From assembly GCA_964016885.1 (NCBI GenBank), contig OZ024743.1:144894001-144958000 (forward strand): a stretch of DNA of 64,000 nt. The letters run 5' to 3'. The position numbers were made by a program, and so were the translations under genes. Source of the stretch: Eledone cirrhosa. Its lineage: Eukaryota. Below are positions 27,038-40,605 of the stretch, piece by piece. The notes below the pieces were generated by a model. That model searched no databases. It saw nothing but the letters and a program-made list of their open reading frames with translations, and was not told the DNA's origin. The number at the start of each line of letters is the position of its first letter. Position 1 is the stretch's first letter.

Positions 27038-27274
27038 CAGATTTGTTTTATAAATAAATATTGACATACCCGGAAAAAAGACAACCTCAACGGTTGAAAT
27101 TCGCTGGATAGTCATAGGGTTTTATAAATATAGTTTCCATTTATTAATATATTGTATATTTACTCCACTAAACTGTTGAGTGCTTTATATCAGTTATAAA
27201 AATGTTTAAGCTTGTTGAATCACAACAAATTAAATATAACCTCTGCACACACACACATACTCTCACCCCCCCCC

Positions 27275-27327
<53 letters not shown>

Positions 27328-27707
27328 TAGGGTAAATATTGATGCAATTCAATTCAAGCACTCAATGTACTTTTTCCACATAGGAGTGACGGAGTAAATA
27401 TCGAATAAGGAAAAGCGAAGTAGTTTCAGATGTTCAAGTCCTTTAATAATAATGCTGTGATATATATTTCAGTGACGACACTGGCCACACTGTTCTGTGT
27501 GCGAGTGTCGTGACATCATCAGACAGCTTGTTACATAATAAGGTTATGTTTCCGAGGCAATCCAAATTGGATCGACAAGGGAGTAAAAAATTGAACGGGA
27601 ACAAAACAGAGAGGCAGTACGAACAAAGGTTTATTAGTTTCACGCTCTTGAGAGTGGGGTGGTGGTGGTATATATATATATATATAAATTATGTTTAAGT
27701 CCTTGAA

Positions 27708-27965
27708 CAGGCGGAGGTTATCAGCAACAAGTCCATGCTGCTGAATTCCTAATTACGATGGACAGGGCACGGTGCCAGGATGAAGGCCCATTGCCTGCCC
27801 AGGATCACGCTGTACGGTGATCTCTCCACAGACGGGCACCAAGAAAGCGACTCAAGGACTGTTTGAAACAATTCCTTAGTGCCTGTCACATTGACCATCG
27901 CCAGGCGTCCATCCTAGCTGAGAACCGTGACGCCAGGCGTCTCATTTTCAACCATGTTGTCTCAT
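27708..27965 (+). pseudogene. RTE (BovB-like) LINE 3' fragment
   Basis: Degenerate RM..HCLPRITLYGDLST..KKRLKDCLKQ motif typical of the RTE C-terminus. Confidence 0.6.
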
Positions 27966-28155
27966 GATATACAAATTATATAGAAATGACTTCTACATGA
28001 CTAGAACTGTTTCATTTATCTGATATCATACGAATTTAACTGTACTTTTCCTGGAAACGTCCTATATAATAAATATACTTATTCTCTACTAACGTATTGA
28101 GGACCTTATTTAACTGTGGTCATTTCCCGCCACACTTCGGGATACTATCCTTAAT

Positions 28156-28224
<69 letters not shown>

Positions 28225-28546
28225 CTTGCTCACATCTCACTCACGTCGGACGGTCTGTATCACGATCGCTCATGAAATCCACCCAGCTTATGCTGACCGG
28301 ATAACCATGTTGCTTGTTTATTCCTATCTTTGCGTTGCTTTCATCCTTCTATGTTGTTTACTTGTCTCACTCGCTTTACGCGATTTAGTTGTCCCAATAG
28401 CTTTATTTAGCTATTGCTCGCACCAACCTGAGGTATATGATTTTTAATGCGATGAAATACCAATAAAGGTTGGAAAATCACTGACGAAGGACTATTTTTA
28501 TCATATGTAACCCATGTGCAACCACACAGTATTCTTCTTTCTTCTC

Positions 28547-28604
<58 letters not shown>

Positions 28605-28605
<1 letters not shown>

Positions 28606-29270
28606 TAGCCGAATTACCCGCGCCTTGCTGCGTTTCACACATTTTTTTTTTGTAAGAAAATGCTGATTAATTTTGAATCAGTGATATAATTTATGAAGAA
28701 AAACTCTGCATTTCAATATTACTCACTGTAAAATGTAATGCAATAAAAATTGGAAAACATTATTTTTTGTAATATATCAAATCAAAATTACATTATTAGA
28801 TCTTATTCTTCTTTTTTTTTCTTTTAAAAACTTTTTTCAAAATATCAATTCAAAACTTTTGTGAATAGGCATCATACCTTGTCATTTACCTATGGTTTAA
28901 ATTTCATATAAATCGAAGGGAAAAAAATTTCAGTGGGTGATTTGTGCCCCCAGGGAACCCTTTGATTAAAATGAAATATACTTATCCAAGTACCCTGGGC
29001 AATGTAGTTGCAGAATATATATGGTTATGGGGTTCTATCTCCAAAACCATAGGAGGAGTTCGTGAAATCTTGTTCCAAAATTTGTGGCCCAGTAGGGTGT
29101 CTTAATATTGTTGAAATTTGATTAAAATGAAATATACGTAAGAAATTAAATAGGCATGAGCCCCAAACACGTGTCAAGTTTCATCAAGAGCGATTTGGTA
29201 GTTTTGAGTTTTAGGTTCACAAACACCCACAAACAAACAGACAGAAATTGCCATTTATATATCTATATAT
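28605..29270 (+). mobile_element. Non-autonomous Helitron/Helentron-like element
   Basis: 5' ACTAGccgaattacccgcgccttgctgcg and 3' aaacaaacagacagaaattgccatttatat ends resemble Lep1/HINE-type elements. Inserted next to (TA)n. Confidence 0.55.
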
Positions 29271-29274
29271 CTAT

Positions 29275-29815
29275 CTAAGGCGGGTAAAATTCCCGAGATC
29301 CATGGACGAGTTCTCTCCAGCGGTCTCTGTCCCTCATTATCGCTGCTATATCCTGCATCTCCAACAGACCAGTGTCTGTCCTTAGGGCATCAACATATGT
29401 TAACCTTGGTCTTCCTCTTCTAGTGTGTCCATGTAGGGGCTCCCAAAGGAGCACTGAGTGCAATGTCAACTCTGGATGTCGGTGAGCATGTCCAGCTAAC
29501 CTCAGTCTCCTCTGTGTCACTTTTGAGCTGACTTTTAGGGGGCTCCCATACAGCTCTGAGTTTTTCATCCTCAGTGTATACTGATTAATGTTCAGAGCCA
29601 TCCTCAGCATTCTCGTGTAGCACCCATCCACCATCTGAGTGAGTCTCTTGGTCAGTGTCCAAGTCTCAGACCCATACAGCAGCACAGACTCCACTACAGC
29701 AATGAAGAGGCGGATTTTCAGGTCTCTACGAAGGTCCGACTTCCACACCGATCTCAAGCTGTGACACGCCGCCCAGGCCTTGCTCTTCCTCTCAACCACA
29801 TCATCTTCCGTATAT
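29275..29815 (-). pseudogene. 5'-truncated RTE-clade LINE, open C-terminal ~180 codons
   Basis: KIRLFIAVVESVLLYGSETWTLT, RRLRLAGH, RRGRP and DRDRWR motifs. Confidence 0.88.
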
Positions 29816-29919
29816 ATATATATAGGGAGTGTAACTTGGAGTAACTGTAGGTTCACCCGGGTGAGCACTCGATGTTTAGGTTCACTTCTGTGTCGAGGTG
29901 AGGAGCTATACAGAGTGTG

Positions 29920-30106
29920 TGGATTGGCTGTATCTGTAGAGGGTCGGGCGCCATGCTTTGATGCATAGAGTTACCTCCCTTTATTATCTGAGTTCAAATC
30001 CCGCCGAGGTTAACTTTGCCTTTTATCCTTACGGGGTCGATAAAATAAAGTACCAGTAATGTACTGTGATAATTGCTGGCCTTGTGCCAAAAGTAGAAAC
30101 AATTAT
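29920..30106 (+). mobile_element. Meta-type SINE
   Basis: Matches the consensus. Confidence 0.88.
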
Positions 30107-30330
30107 ATTGAAAAGATAACAAGGACGATTGGTTACTCCTTCATTACATTTATTGGTAAGTGACGCGCGTTTCGCCACTGATCAGCTCAAGGTTCGATCT
30201 GTATCGATCTTACCCGACTCTATAATGGTAAGATCGATACAGATCGAACCTTGAGCTGATCAATGGCGAAACGCGCGTCACCTACCAATAAATGTAATGA
30301 AGGAGTAACCAATCGTCCTTGTTATCTTTT

Positions 30331-30336
<6 letters not shown>
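30104..30336. mobile_element. Family E fold-back (~105-bp arms) carrying the HHR 3' half GAAACGCGCGTC
   Basis: Palindrome pivoting at ~30212-30226. Related fragments at 11645-11735 and 56718-56815. Confidence 0.7.
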
Positions 30337-30414
<78 letters not shown>

Positions 30415-30573
30415 TCTCTGAGCCCCCAAATCAAGTCGGAAGCGTAGCCTCATAAAATGTCATGGGCATTTAAAACTTGGCTGGCACACATAGATACAGA
30501 GACACACACGCACACACACTAACCACACGCATATACACACAGACAGATACACATTCAATAACATAGGATCCTG

Positions 30574-30619
<46 letters not shown>

Positions 30620-30686
30620 TATATATATATATATACAGAGTGGCCCAAAAAATGTATACACACTTCAGCAGTAGATAACGCTCTGT

Positions 30687-30741
<55 letters not shown>

Positions 30742-30744
<3 letters not shown>

Positions 30745-30897
30745 TGTTATACTTTGGGAGGGTCATGTTGCCAATAAGAAACACACGCACCTGGTGCGTG
30801 TGTTTCTTATTGGCAACATGACCCTCCCAAAGTATAACAATATCGGTTTCAACACACGATTTCAGATAAAGAATCTTGCTAAACAAATTCAGAAACG

Positions 30898-30900
<3 letters not shown>
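30742..30900. mobile_element. Family U fold-back/terminal fragment (attgttatactttgggagggtcat...); other copies near 14940-15030, 22530-22700, 32985-33145, 37290-37365 and 61100-61455
   Basis: Recurrent terminal motif abutting (TA)n. Perfect palindrome at 30742-30842. Confidence 0.7.
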
Positions 30901-30949
<49 letters not shown>

Positions 30950-30983
30950 GTATATATAAATACATATATATATATGTATATAT

Positions 30984-31035
<52 letters not shown>

Positions 31036-31037
<2 letters not shown>

Positions 31038-31721
31038 TCCTCTACTGAACTACCTTAGGAACTCATCCACGGACATACACTCAAAAAAATGTTTTTTCCC
31101 ACACGCCACCTACATCCACAACACGTATAAACACCACACACACACGTGCGTACCACCACATATTTACACACTCAGCCTCCGGAATCCTCTCCTCCCCCAC
31201 CCCTCTGACCTCTCCCCATCCACCCACGCACACACACACCGACCTACACCCCACCCCACCTCACACACACACACCTTTTCCCGAACATGCAACCCCGTTC
31301 TTCCCCCAACTCTTACTTTCACATACACACACACACACACACACACATACACCTACACGCAGACACCACCTTCAGCCCTCCCCCGCTCGGACACGCCGCC
31401 TCCCTCACCCCACTCCACCCGCCACCGCCCCTACACGCCCACACCCTTCCACCACTTGTTTTACTTCATGTTTATTTTTATTTTTATTATGCTTTTATAT
31501 TTAATTTCATTTGTACCGTTTCCTCTCATCCCCTTTTTTCTAAATGTCTCTCCCCCACTCCCCTACACACCCTTGGAACTCTCTTCCCACACACTTTTCA
31601 CCTGAAGAAGGGCTTATGCCCGAAACGTCGTTCCCCACCACCACCCCACTCTCAAGAGCGTGAAACTAATAAACCTTTGTTCGTACTGCCTCTCTGTTTT
31701 GTTCCCGTTCAATTTTTCACT
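31036..31721 (+). mobile_element. Penelope-like 3' end (family C) with ultra-minimal HHR-like motif at 31602-31629
   Basis: CTGAAGA agggc-ttat-gccc GAAAC GTC, preceded by a C-rich tract and followed by AATAAA. (TA)n flanks. Confidence 0.6.
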
Positions 31722-31767
31722 ATATATATATATATATATATGTATATATAAATACACACACATACAA

Positions 31768-31809
<42 letters not shown>

Positions 31810-32443
31810 GCTGTCTGTATGCCTATTCAATATTTATGGAGACTCATAAATAGAAAGAGTTGAAAAATACGTACATACTATCGATCATATACAATGAAAC
31901 AGAATCATACACATTCACACACACACATACAGAGGCATACTTACATTCACACACACTACCACAGATATACTTACATTCACACACACTACCACAGACATAC
32001 TTACAACAATCTTAGTGTATTTGTCGGGGGGTGTTTGTACGTGTTTGTCTATGATTGTGATATACATCTTAGGGTGGTGGGGTGGTGTCTAATAACTGAA
32101 ACAAGGAAAATAATAAAGGGTTGTGAAAATATATGTTCGTATACACACACGCCCGCACTCCAACACACACGCCCGCACTCCAACACACACACACACACAC
32201 ACATCACACATACAGAGTGTGAGTTTAACTGTATATGATTATCAGTATAGGCGCGTTGTCCATCAATATATTTATGTATGTATGTATGTATGTATGTATG
32301 TATGTATGTATGTATGTATGTATGTATGTATGTATGAATGTATATATGTATGTAACTGTATGTATGTAAGTATGCATGTATGAATGTATATACATATATA
32401 TATATATATTTATATATATATGTATGTATGTATGTACGTATGA

Positions 32444-32469
<26 letters not shown>

Positions 32470-32477
<8 letters not shown>

Positions 32478-32810
32478 GATATATTAACAAATGGAAACTA
32501 TATTTATAAAACCATATTTATTTCATTATACATATTTTAAAATATACAGATAAAATATAATATATAGAGAGCAGTTCTATAAATAAATATTGACATTCCC
32601 TTAAAAAATGCGACCATTTCTGTTGGAAGCTCCCGGATGGTGTCCTTGAAATATGTATAATGAAATATGTATAATGAAATAAATATGGTTTTATAAATAT
32701 AGTTTCCATTTGTTAATATATCGTATTTTTACTCCAATAATTTTTTGAGTGCTTTATATCAGTTATTAAAATATTTGCTTGTTGTATCCCAACAATTTAA
32801 ATAGAACTTC

Positions 32811-32812
<2 letters not shown>
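32470..32812. mobile_element. Family N fold-back element, HHR deleted or partial
   Basis: Inverted arms at 32478-32535 and ~32668-32723. Homologous to 26930-27240 and 44680-45222. Confidence 0.7.
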
Positions 32813-32856
<44 letters not shown>

Positions 32857-33170
32857 TGTAAGTAAATATATATATATGTGTGTATGTATTTATGTATGTA
32901 CGTATGAATATATATATATATATATATATATATACATTCATACGTACATACATGCATACATACATATATATATATATATATATCGTTTCTGAATTTGTTT
33001 AGCAAGATTCTTTATCTGAAAACGTGTGTTGAAACCGATATTGCTATACTTTGGGATATTAAATTATTATAATAAATTGAAGTGAAAGCAAATGGTGCGT
33101 GTGTTTCTTATTGGCAACATGACCCTCCCAAAGTATAACAATATATATATATACATTCATACATGCATAC

Positions 33171-33224
<54 letters not shown>

Positions 33225-33327
33225 TCTTGCATACATATATACATACATTCATACATACATATATACACCCGTACATACACACATACATACATACATGCAT
33301 ATATACATACATACATACATATAAACT

Positions 33328-33399
<72 letters not shown>

Positions 33400-33526
33400 A
33401 GTATATATATCTATGCAAGTATGTATGTATGCAAGGATGTATGTATGTATGCATGAATGTGCATTTGTTTTTGTGTGCATACGTGTGTATTCAACTGTGA
33501 GGTCGATGTATTTACATTATGATTTT

Positions 33527-33895
33527 TTCATATAGTAAACATATACACACATTCATATAGTAAACATATACACACATTAATATAGTAAACATACACACAT
33601 TCATATAGTAAACATATACACACATTCATATAGTAAACATATACACACATTAATATAGTAAACATACACACATTCATATAGTAAACATATACACACATTC
33701 ATATAGTAAACATATACACACATTAATATAGTAAACATACACACATTCATATAGTAAACATATACACACATTAATATAGTAAACATATACACACATTAAT
33801 ATAGTAAACATATACACACATTCATATAGTAAACATATACACACATTAATATAGTAAACATATACACACATTAATATAGTAAACATATACACACA
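33527..33895. repeat. 23-25 bp minisatellite, about 15 copies
   Basis: tt(c/a)atatagtaaacat(at)acacaca repeated head-to-tail with no unique spacers. Confidence 0.9.
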
Positions 33896-34057
33896 TATTC
33901 AAATATGTGTGTATATGTTTACTATTGATATTGTGTTACTATAGCGCACATGCACTCGTGAAGATTCATGTGTGTATGTATATGTGTGTGTGTCTGTGTG
34001 TGCGTGTGTATGTGTGTGTGCGCATGTGTGTGTGTGTATGTGTGTGTGTGTGCGTGT

Positions 34058-34098
<41 letters not shown>

Positions 34099-34287
34099 TG
34101 TGTGTGTGTGTGTGTATGTGTGTGTGTATGTGTGTGCGTGTGTATGTGCGTGTGTATGTGCGTGTGTGTGTGTGTGTGTGTACGTGTGTATATATGTGTG
34201 TGCTCGTGTGTGTGTGTGTCTGTGTGTGTATGTGTGCGTGTGTGTGTGTGCTTGTGTATGTGTGTGTGTGTCAATGATTATTATTTT

Positions 34288-34472
34288 GGCTTGGCAGTAT
34301 TGGTAGAGGGTCGGACGCCATGCTTTCCAGCATAGTTACGTCCCTTTACGGTCTGATTTCAAATCCCGCCGAGGTTAACTTTGCCTTTCATCCTTACGGG
34401 GTCGATAAAATAAAGTACCAGTAATGTACGGAGATAATTGATGGTCTTGTGCCAAAAGTATAAACAATTATT
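34288..34472 (+). mobile_element. Meta-type SINE
   Basis: Matches the consensus. Confidence 0.88.
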
Positions 34473-36391
34473 TTGGCATCTTTCTATTAACATTGGTTTC
34501 ACCTGCGTACTGGGTTACCATGTATGTATGCGTGTGTGTGTGTGTGTGTATGTATGTAAGCGTGTGTATGAATGGTGTGTGCTTATGTGTATGCATGTAT
34601 CCCCCCCCCATACATATATATATATATATATATATATGTGTTTATGTGTGTGGGTGTTGTTGTTGTTGTTTAACCCCAGGATAGATCTGCTCTAGTAAAT
34701 ACATGGCCATCTTTTCTAGGACTACACTACCCAATGTGCCGATCTCTTTTTAAACTAATGGGGTGTGATTTGAGAGTGCTATGGCTGTTATTTCTAGGAT
34801 ATTGAATGACCACGTAGAGGCTTCCTTATTTACTAGTTGTGTATAATGAGTGCCATTGTTTGTGTAGGCATGTGTGTGATCTTGTGGATGCGTGTACGTG
34901 CTTGCACACACCCACCTGTGTGTTGTGTATGTGTAGGTGTGTGTATGTGTATGTGCGTGTAGGTGTATGTGTATATGCGTGTATATATGTGTGTATGTGC
35001 GTGTAGGTGTGTGTATGTGTATGTGCATGTATGTGTGTGTATGTGCGTGTAGGTATATGTATGTGTGTGCATGTATGCGTGTATGTGCGTGTATGTGTGT
35101 GTATGTGTGTGTAGGCGTGTGAATGTGTGCGTGTGCGTATGTATGTATGTATGTATGTATGTATGTATGTATGTATGTGTATGTGTCTAGGTAGGTGTGT
35201 GCCTATGCGTGTATATGTGTGCCTGTGCGTGTAGGTGTGTGTATGTGTATATGCGTGTATATGTATGTATAGGCGTGTATGTGTGTGTATGTTTGTGTAG
35301 GTGTGTATGTATGTATGTATATGTGTGTATGTATGTGTGTATGTATGTATGTATGTATGTATGTGTATGTGTGTATGTATGTGTATATGTGTATGTATGT
35401 GTGTGTATGTGTATGTGTGTATGTAGGTGTATGTATGTATGTATGTGTGTGTATGTATGTGTATATGTGTATGTATGTGTATGTGTGTATGTATGTATGT
35501 GTATGTGTGTATGTAGGTGTGTGTGTATGTATCTATGTATGTGTGTGTGTGTATGTATATGTTTATGTATGTATGTGTATGTGTGTATGTATGTATGTGT
35601 ATGCGTGTATGTAGGTGTGTATGTGTATGTATGTATGTATGTATGTATGTATGTATGTATGTGTATGTGTGTGTGTGTATGTAGGTGTCTGTTGTATTGT
35701 CACTTAGCAGGTGTTGTTGTTGGGCCCCGTGTCAACCCTGTTGATGGGGACCTATGATCAAAGGCACTCTACCCATGCCATGCTACATTTCTTCCTACAT
35801 ACATGGAATTCAAGACCACATTAACCAACGTGTCCTTTTTTTTTTTTCAAACTGCGGATATGATTTGAGGGAGTTTTTGGCTGTTATGTCTAACAGCTCA
35901 AGTCACATAGAGGCTCGTTCGGCGGCTAATCAGAGAATATCCTTTGTATTTTGTGAATGGTAAACCATGTAGGGGTAACTGACAATGATGGTTGGGTGTA
36001 ATAGAAACGTTGAGGAAAGATCGTTTACTTACAGACAAATCGGATTATGTATGGAGAGGGGCATTCGACATCTATTGAGGTTTGTTCGTCTTAGCATATC
36101 AGTTCAAATTATACAATGGTATACCAATCAATAAGCACAAGCATACACTCTCAAGTATTCATTCACACACACACACACACACATATACATACACACGCAC
36201 ACACATATATATACATATAAGCATGTATTATTTATATATGGATTTATGTAAACACTCACACATAAACATACACACACACACACATACATATATATATATG
36301 TGTGTGTGTGTGTGTGTTTTCGTGTGTTTGTCTATGTGTATGTTTTTTTTCTATGTTTGTCGGGGCTGTATTTATAAGTATATTCTATGTA

Positions 36392-36491
<100 letters not shown>

Positions 36492-36536
36492 TACATAGAA
36501 TATATTTATAAATACACCCCCGACAAACAGAGAGAA

Positions 36537-36627
<91 letters not shown>

Positions 36628-36991
36628 TTTGTATATTTTGTATGTATGTACGTAGGTGTATGTGTGTAAATAAACAATGAGAAGTATAGAATTGTTTGGT
36701 GTACGCTAGATGCTGGCAACTCCGTGACACGCCCATTGAATTAAGTAAGTCACATGGTTTTTGAAGAAAAGTTTAGCGAATTCTGGCGCAACGGCAGAAT
36801 TCCAATATCGATACACTTCTTACGCCAACACACTTGCTTGAGTATTTATTCAAGCGCTTCAACAGAAACTAGCCATATTTTCTCAAAACGTTCGCCATCA
36901 ACTGGTGAATGGGTGAAGAAAAAAAACAATTAAAAGCGGCATCACCAGTGTCGTTGACCTAAAGAAGAAGAAGAAGAAGAAGAAGAAGAAG

Positions 36992-37024
<33 letters not shown>

Positions 37025-37130
37025 ACGAAGTATTTAAATATTTTAAAAAATACATGTGAATTTAGTATAGACCAAAATAATTGCTGTAATTTACAATAGA
37101 TTACACAACAAAGCAGAGGAAACAAGGTAA

Positions 37131-37210
<80 letters not shown>

Positions 37211-37247
37211 GTATATATACATATATATATATATGTATATATACATA

Positions 37248-37287
<40 letters not shown>

Positions 37288-37359
37288 TGAATTAGTTTTG
37301 CGAGTGTGTTCTGTTATTAATTCTGGCAATATTACACAAATATGACCCTCCCCAAGTAT

Positions 37360-37437
<78 letters not shown>

Positions 37438-38140
37438 TATACCCGAAAAGTTCTTTACAACCGACACTTCGTGAGTGAACATCATTTAGTGAGTGTTGAG
37501 TTAGGACAGGTCAAATTTTGTACGGTGTAAAAGTGATTCTCGAGTAGATGACGAACTGTGGGTTATAATAATCGAAAAGAAGGAAAATTAACTAGCGACG
37601 AAATTACTTAAAAAAACGTAGCAACAACAATACTACAAATAACATCAGCAGTAACAAGAACAACAGTAGCACCATCATAACAAAAGTTAAAAAATTTTTT
37701 TTATTTGAAATTAAGGGGTTTAAAGAATAAAATGGAGGATGAAGCTTAGTTTTGTAATAATATAAGGTATATTAAGACAGTTTAGATGAAAGAGTGTATG
37801 TATGTATGCTTAGAGTTAATATATATTTATTTCTCTGTTCTCTATAAAATCTCTATTAACTTTATACCTAATGGCATACGTACTTACACACATAGACACA
37901 TGCATACTTATACACACACACACTCATAGGTAAGTACTTACATACATGCATACATATATTCATATATACATACACACATACATATATATATACATATATA
38001 CATACATATATACATATATACATATATACATACATAAATATATAAAATATTTACAGTACACTAGTGCGCATACAGCCACACACACGCATTTCAGTACACT
38101 AGCACACACACGCACACACGCACACATTTCAGTACACTAG

Positions 38141-38222
<82 letters not shown>

Positions 38223-38494
38223 TGAATATATGTATGTAATAATAGTTTCTAGCTGCTAACATGACAGAAAAAGAAAACAGAAGTGTAATAACAGTAAAAA
38301 CCAAACAGTAAATTGTTAGAAGAGGTCGAAAATTTCATTCTATCTCAGTGAACATTTAAGAAATAGGAGAGAGACAGGGAAGAATAAAGAAAGAGGGCAA
38401 AGAAAGAGAGAAAAGAAAGGTGAGAGAAAGTTAAAAAAGAAGGAAAAGAAGATTTTGTTTTCTAGTGCATTGATATCTCAAATAATTTTGTTAT

Positions 38495-38537
38495 TTTCTT
38501 TTATATTATTTCATCAAATTATTTTTTTTTTTTACAG
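38495..38537 (+). promoter_or_regulatory. Candidate 3' splice acceptor for the neuropeptide exon
   Basis: Long T-rich tract ending in tttacAG|G at 38537/38538, about 300 nt upstream of the ATG. Confidence 0.6.
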
Positions 38538-38624
38538 GAAATATTAAGAACACGGACGCAATCTTACTTTACCAAGAAAAGAAAGCATTTGAGGAGACAG
38601 GAAACAACAACAACAACAACAGCA

Positions 38625-38656
<32 letters not shown>

Positions 38657-38833
38657 AGCGACTACTATTACTACTACCACTACGAGAGAGTGTGAGAGAA
38701 AGAGAAATACATCAGCAACAGAAGTAGCAACAGTAGCAGCAACAACAGCAGCAAGAGCAACAGAAACAGCAGCAGCAGCAGCATTAATAATTATAGGGTT
38801 TTTTTCAAATAATAAGGTGCTGAAAAATCCAGA

Positions 38834-39439
38834 ATGTACCGACAGGGAGTATTGTTCATTGTAGCCATGTGCTTGGTGGCTCTTGTACAGTCTTTTGATG
38901 TGAGGAAATTCTGTAAGAGTCGATGTGCCGTTGGCAGAGGGGGAAACTTATGCCGTTGCAATGCTTTCCATTTCGCTGGGAAAAGATCTGACGGGGAATA
39001 CAAGCCACAGCAATATTATGCCCATGACACAGACATTAATTACGATCCTATTCAAAGTTATTTACTAAATCTACCTGGGACATTGCCTGCTAAAAGACAT
39101 AGCATGCAGCAAAACGATTACGATGACAACGACATGACAACGAGAGATCAGATGCTATATCCAGTGAGTGATGAGGCCCTCTTCAGAAGGGTCATCTCAG
39201 GACAGATGGAATCTGATGATCAACTTCTACAAGACGATACCGGCATCCTCAACAGCAACACAAGAAGTCTGAAGGAAGGCGACCGTCTCCAGAACTTACT
39301 TCAGAAACAGTATAAAAGATATAATGACAACAGCAACAAAAATAACGACAACTTATCTGGAGTACTGCCGATCGGCGCCAATGGTTTCAATGGTAGATCA
39401 GCTCGTTTAAGAAGCACTTTACATCACACTGACAAGTAA
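38834..39439 (+). CDS. Secreted neuropeptide precursor, HFAamide-like (signal peptide, 4-Cys 28-mer, GKR amidation site, acidic propeptide)
   Basis: 201-aa non-repetitive ORF. Hydrophobic MYRQGVLFIVAMCLVALVQS is followed by FDVRKFCKSRCAVGRGGNLCRCNAFHFA-G-KR, with further KR sites. The family name is from recall of lophotrochozoan HFAamide precursors. The 3' end may be spliced. Confidence 0.85.
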   Translation: MYRQGVLFIVAMCLVALVQSFDVRKFCKSRCAVGRGGNLCRCNAFHFAGKRSDGEYKPQQYYAHDTDINYDPIQSYLLNLPGTLPAKRHSMQQNDYDDNDMTTRDQMLYPVSDEALFRRVISGQMESDDQLLQDDTGILNSNTRSLKEGDRLQNLLQKQYKRYNDNSNKNNDNLSGVLPIGANGFNGRSARLRSTLHHTDK

Positions 39440-39611
39440 GCCAATTTGATTTTCTATCTTACACACACACACACACACACACACAGACACACACACACAT
39501 GAGCACGAAAGTTTGTCTCTTAGTTATCAAACAACGTCGCCATCTTTTAATGTATCTATACCTTATCACTCTTTATCTTTCTATTTCATCTTTTATTTCT
39601 TATTCTAACTT

Positions 39612-39640
39612 CTGATGAAGGACTAGTGTTCGAAACGTTA
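39612..39640 (+). ncRNA. Degenerate ultra-minimal HHR-like motif
   Basis: CTGATGA aggac-tagt-gttc GAAAC GTTA. Stem I is poor. Confidence 0.4.
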
Positions 39641-40012
39641 CGACTCTTTTCTTATCATTTCAAGCGTTAATCTAATATATGCACTGTACTGTATCGTTTG
39701 ATGTGATATTTCTGTTTACTTTTTACACACATATACACACACAAACAATGTGTCTGTATATGTGTGTGTCTGAGTCTGTGTGTAGGCGTGTGGCCTAGTG
39801 GTTTTAGTGTTGAACAGAATCATAAAGTGCTACATTGTGTTCTTGAACAAAATACTTTATTTCACGTTACTTATTCTGCCAGGGGATGCCACCGTCAAAT
39901 AGTATCAGGAATGAAGAGACCAATGGAAACACTTTCCTTGGTCTGATCTGACGAGTGATTCCTTATCCCTTTTATACATACATACATTCATACATACATC
40001 ATACATACATAC

Positions 40013-40574
40013 ATGATGGTTGCAACTCGATTTCGAGTAATGCCATCGCTAGATACTTAAGCATGGGCATCACGCACATGGCTTTTTAGTCCTGCTCGGG
40101 ACTTTCCTACGGCCAGCAATACCATGCATCGCAAAAAATGACACAAATCAAGTGATGACTGTACTTGAAGCTTTTTAAGGTGAAGAAAGGCTTTGCACAG
40201 GGCTAACTTGAACATCGAATGCTTTTGCCCCAAAAGAAGATATCGTTTACATCATTGGATGGAAACGAAGTCGCAGGTTTTATATCAGAGTAACCTTCTC
40301 CTAGAGAGATGTCTTAATGAAGACTAGGAGTCTCTCGCTCCAAAAAACTTTACTGGATGGCCGTTGACTCTGCTGATTTCTTCCGCTCTTTGGTGGGTTT
40401 TTCTTTTTAATCCCACTGGGTGTCCAAAATCACCCTCCTCAGTAAGCAAGATTGGTGGGGTTGTCGGTTTAGTCGCCGACGACCCGATGCACAGGTTGTA
40501 CTGGGTTACATGTTACCAGTAGTGCTGAAGAGAGACCTGACATACATACATACATACATACATACATACATACA

Positions 40575-40605
<31 letters not shown>

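Noticed and set aside
33527-33895. 25-bp repeat as a CRISPR array
   Set aside because: No unique spacers, no cas genes and a eukaryotic context; it is a minisatellite.
36962-37020. (GAA)n tract
   Set aside because: An ordinary microsatellite or retroposon tail.
38589-38864. Thr/Ala-rich ORF upstream of the neuropeptide
   Set aside because: TTG start, trinucleotide-repeat derived and out of frame with the precursor; probably 5' UTR.
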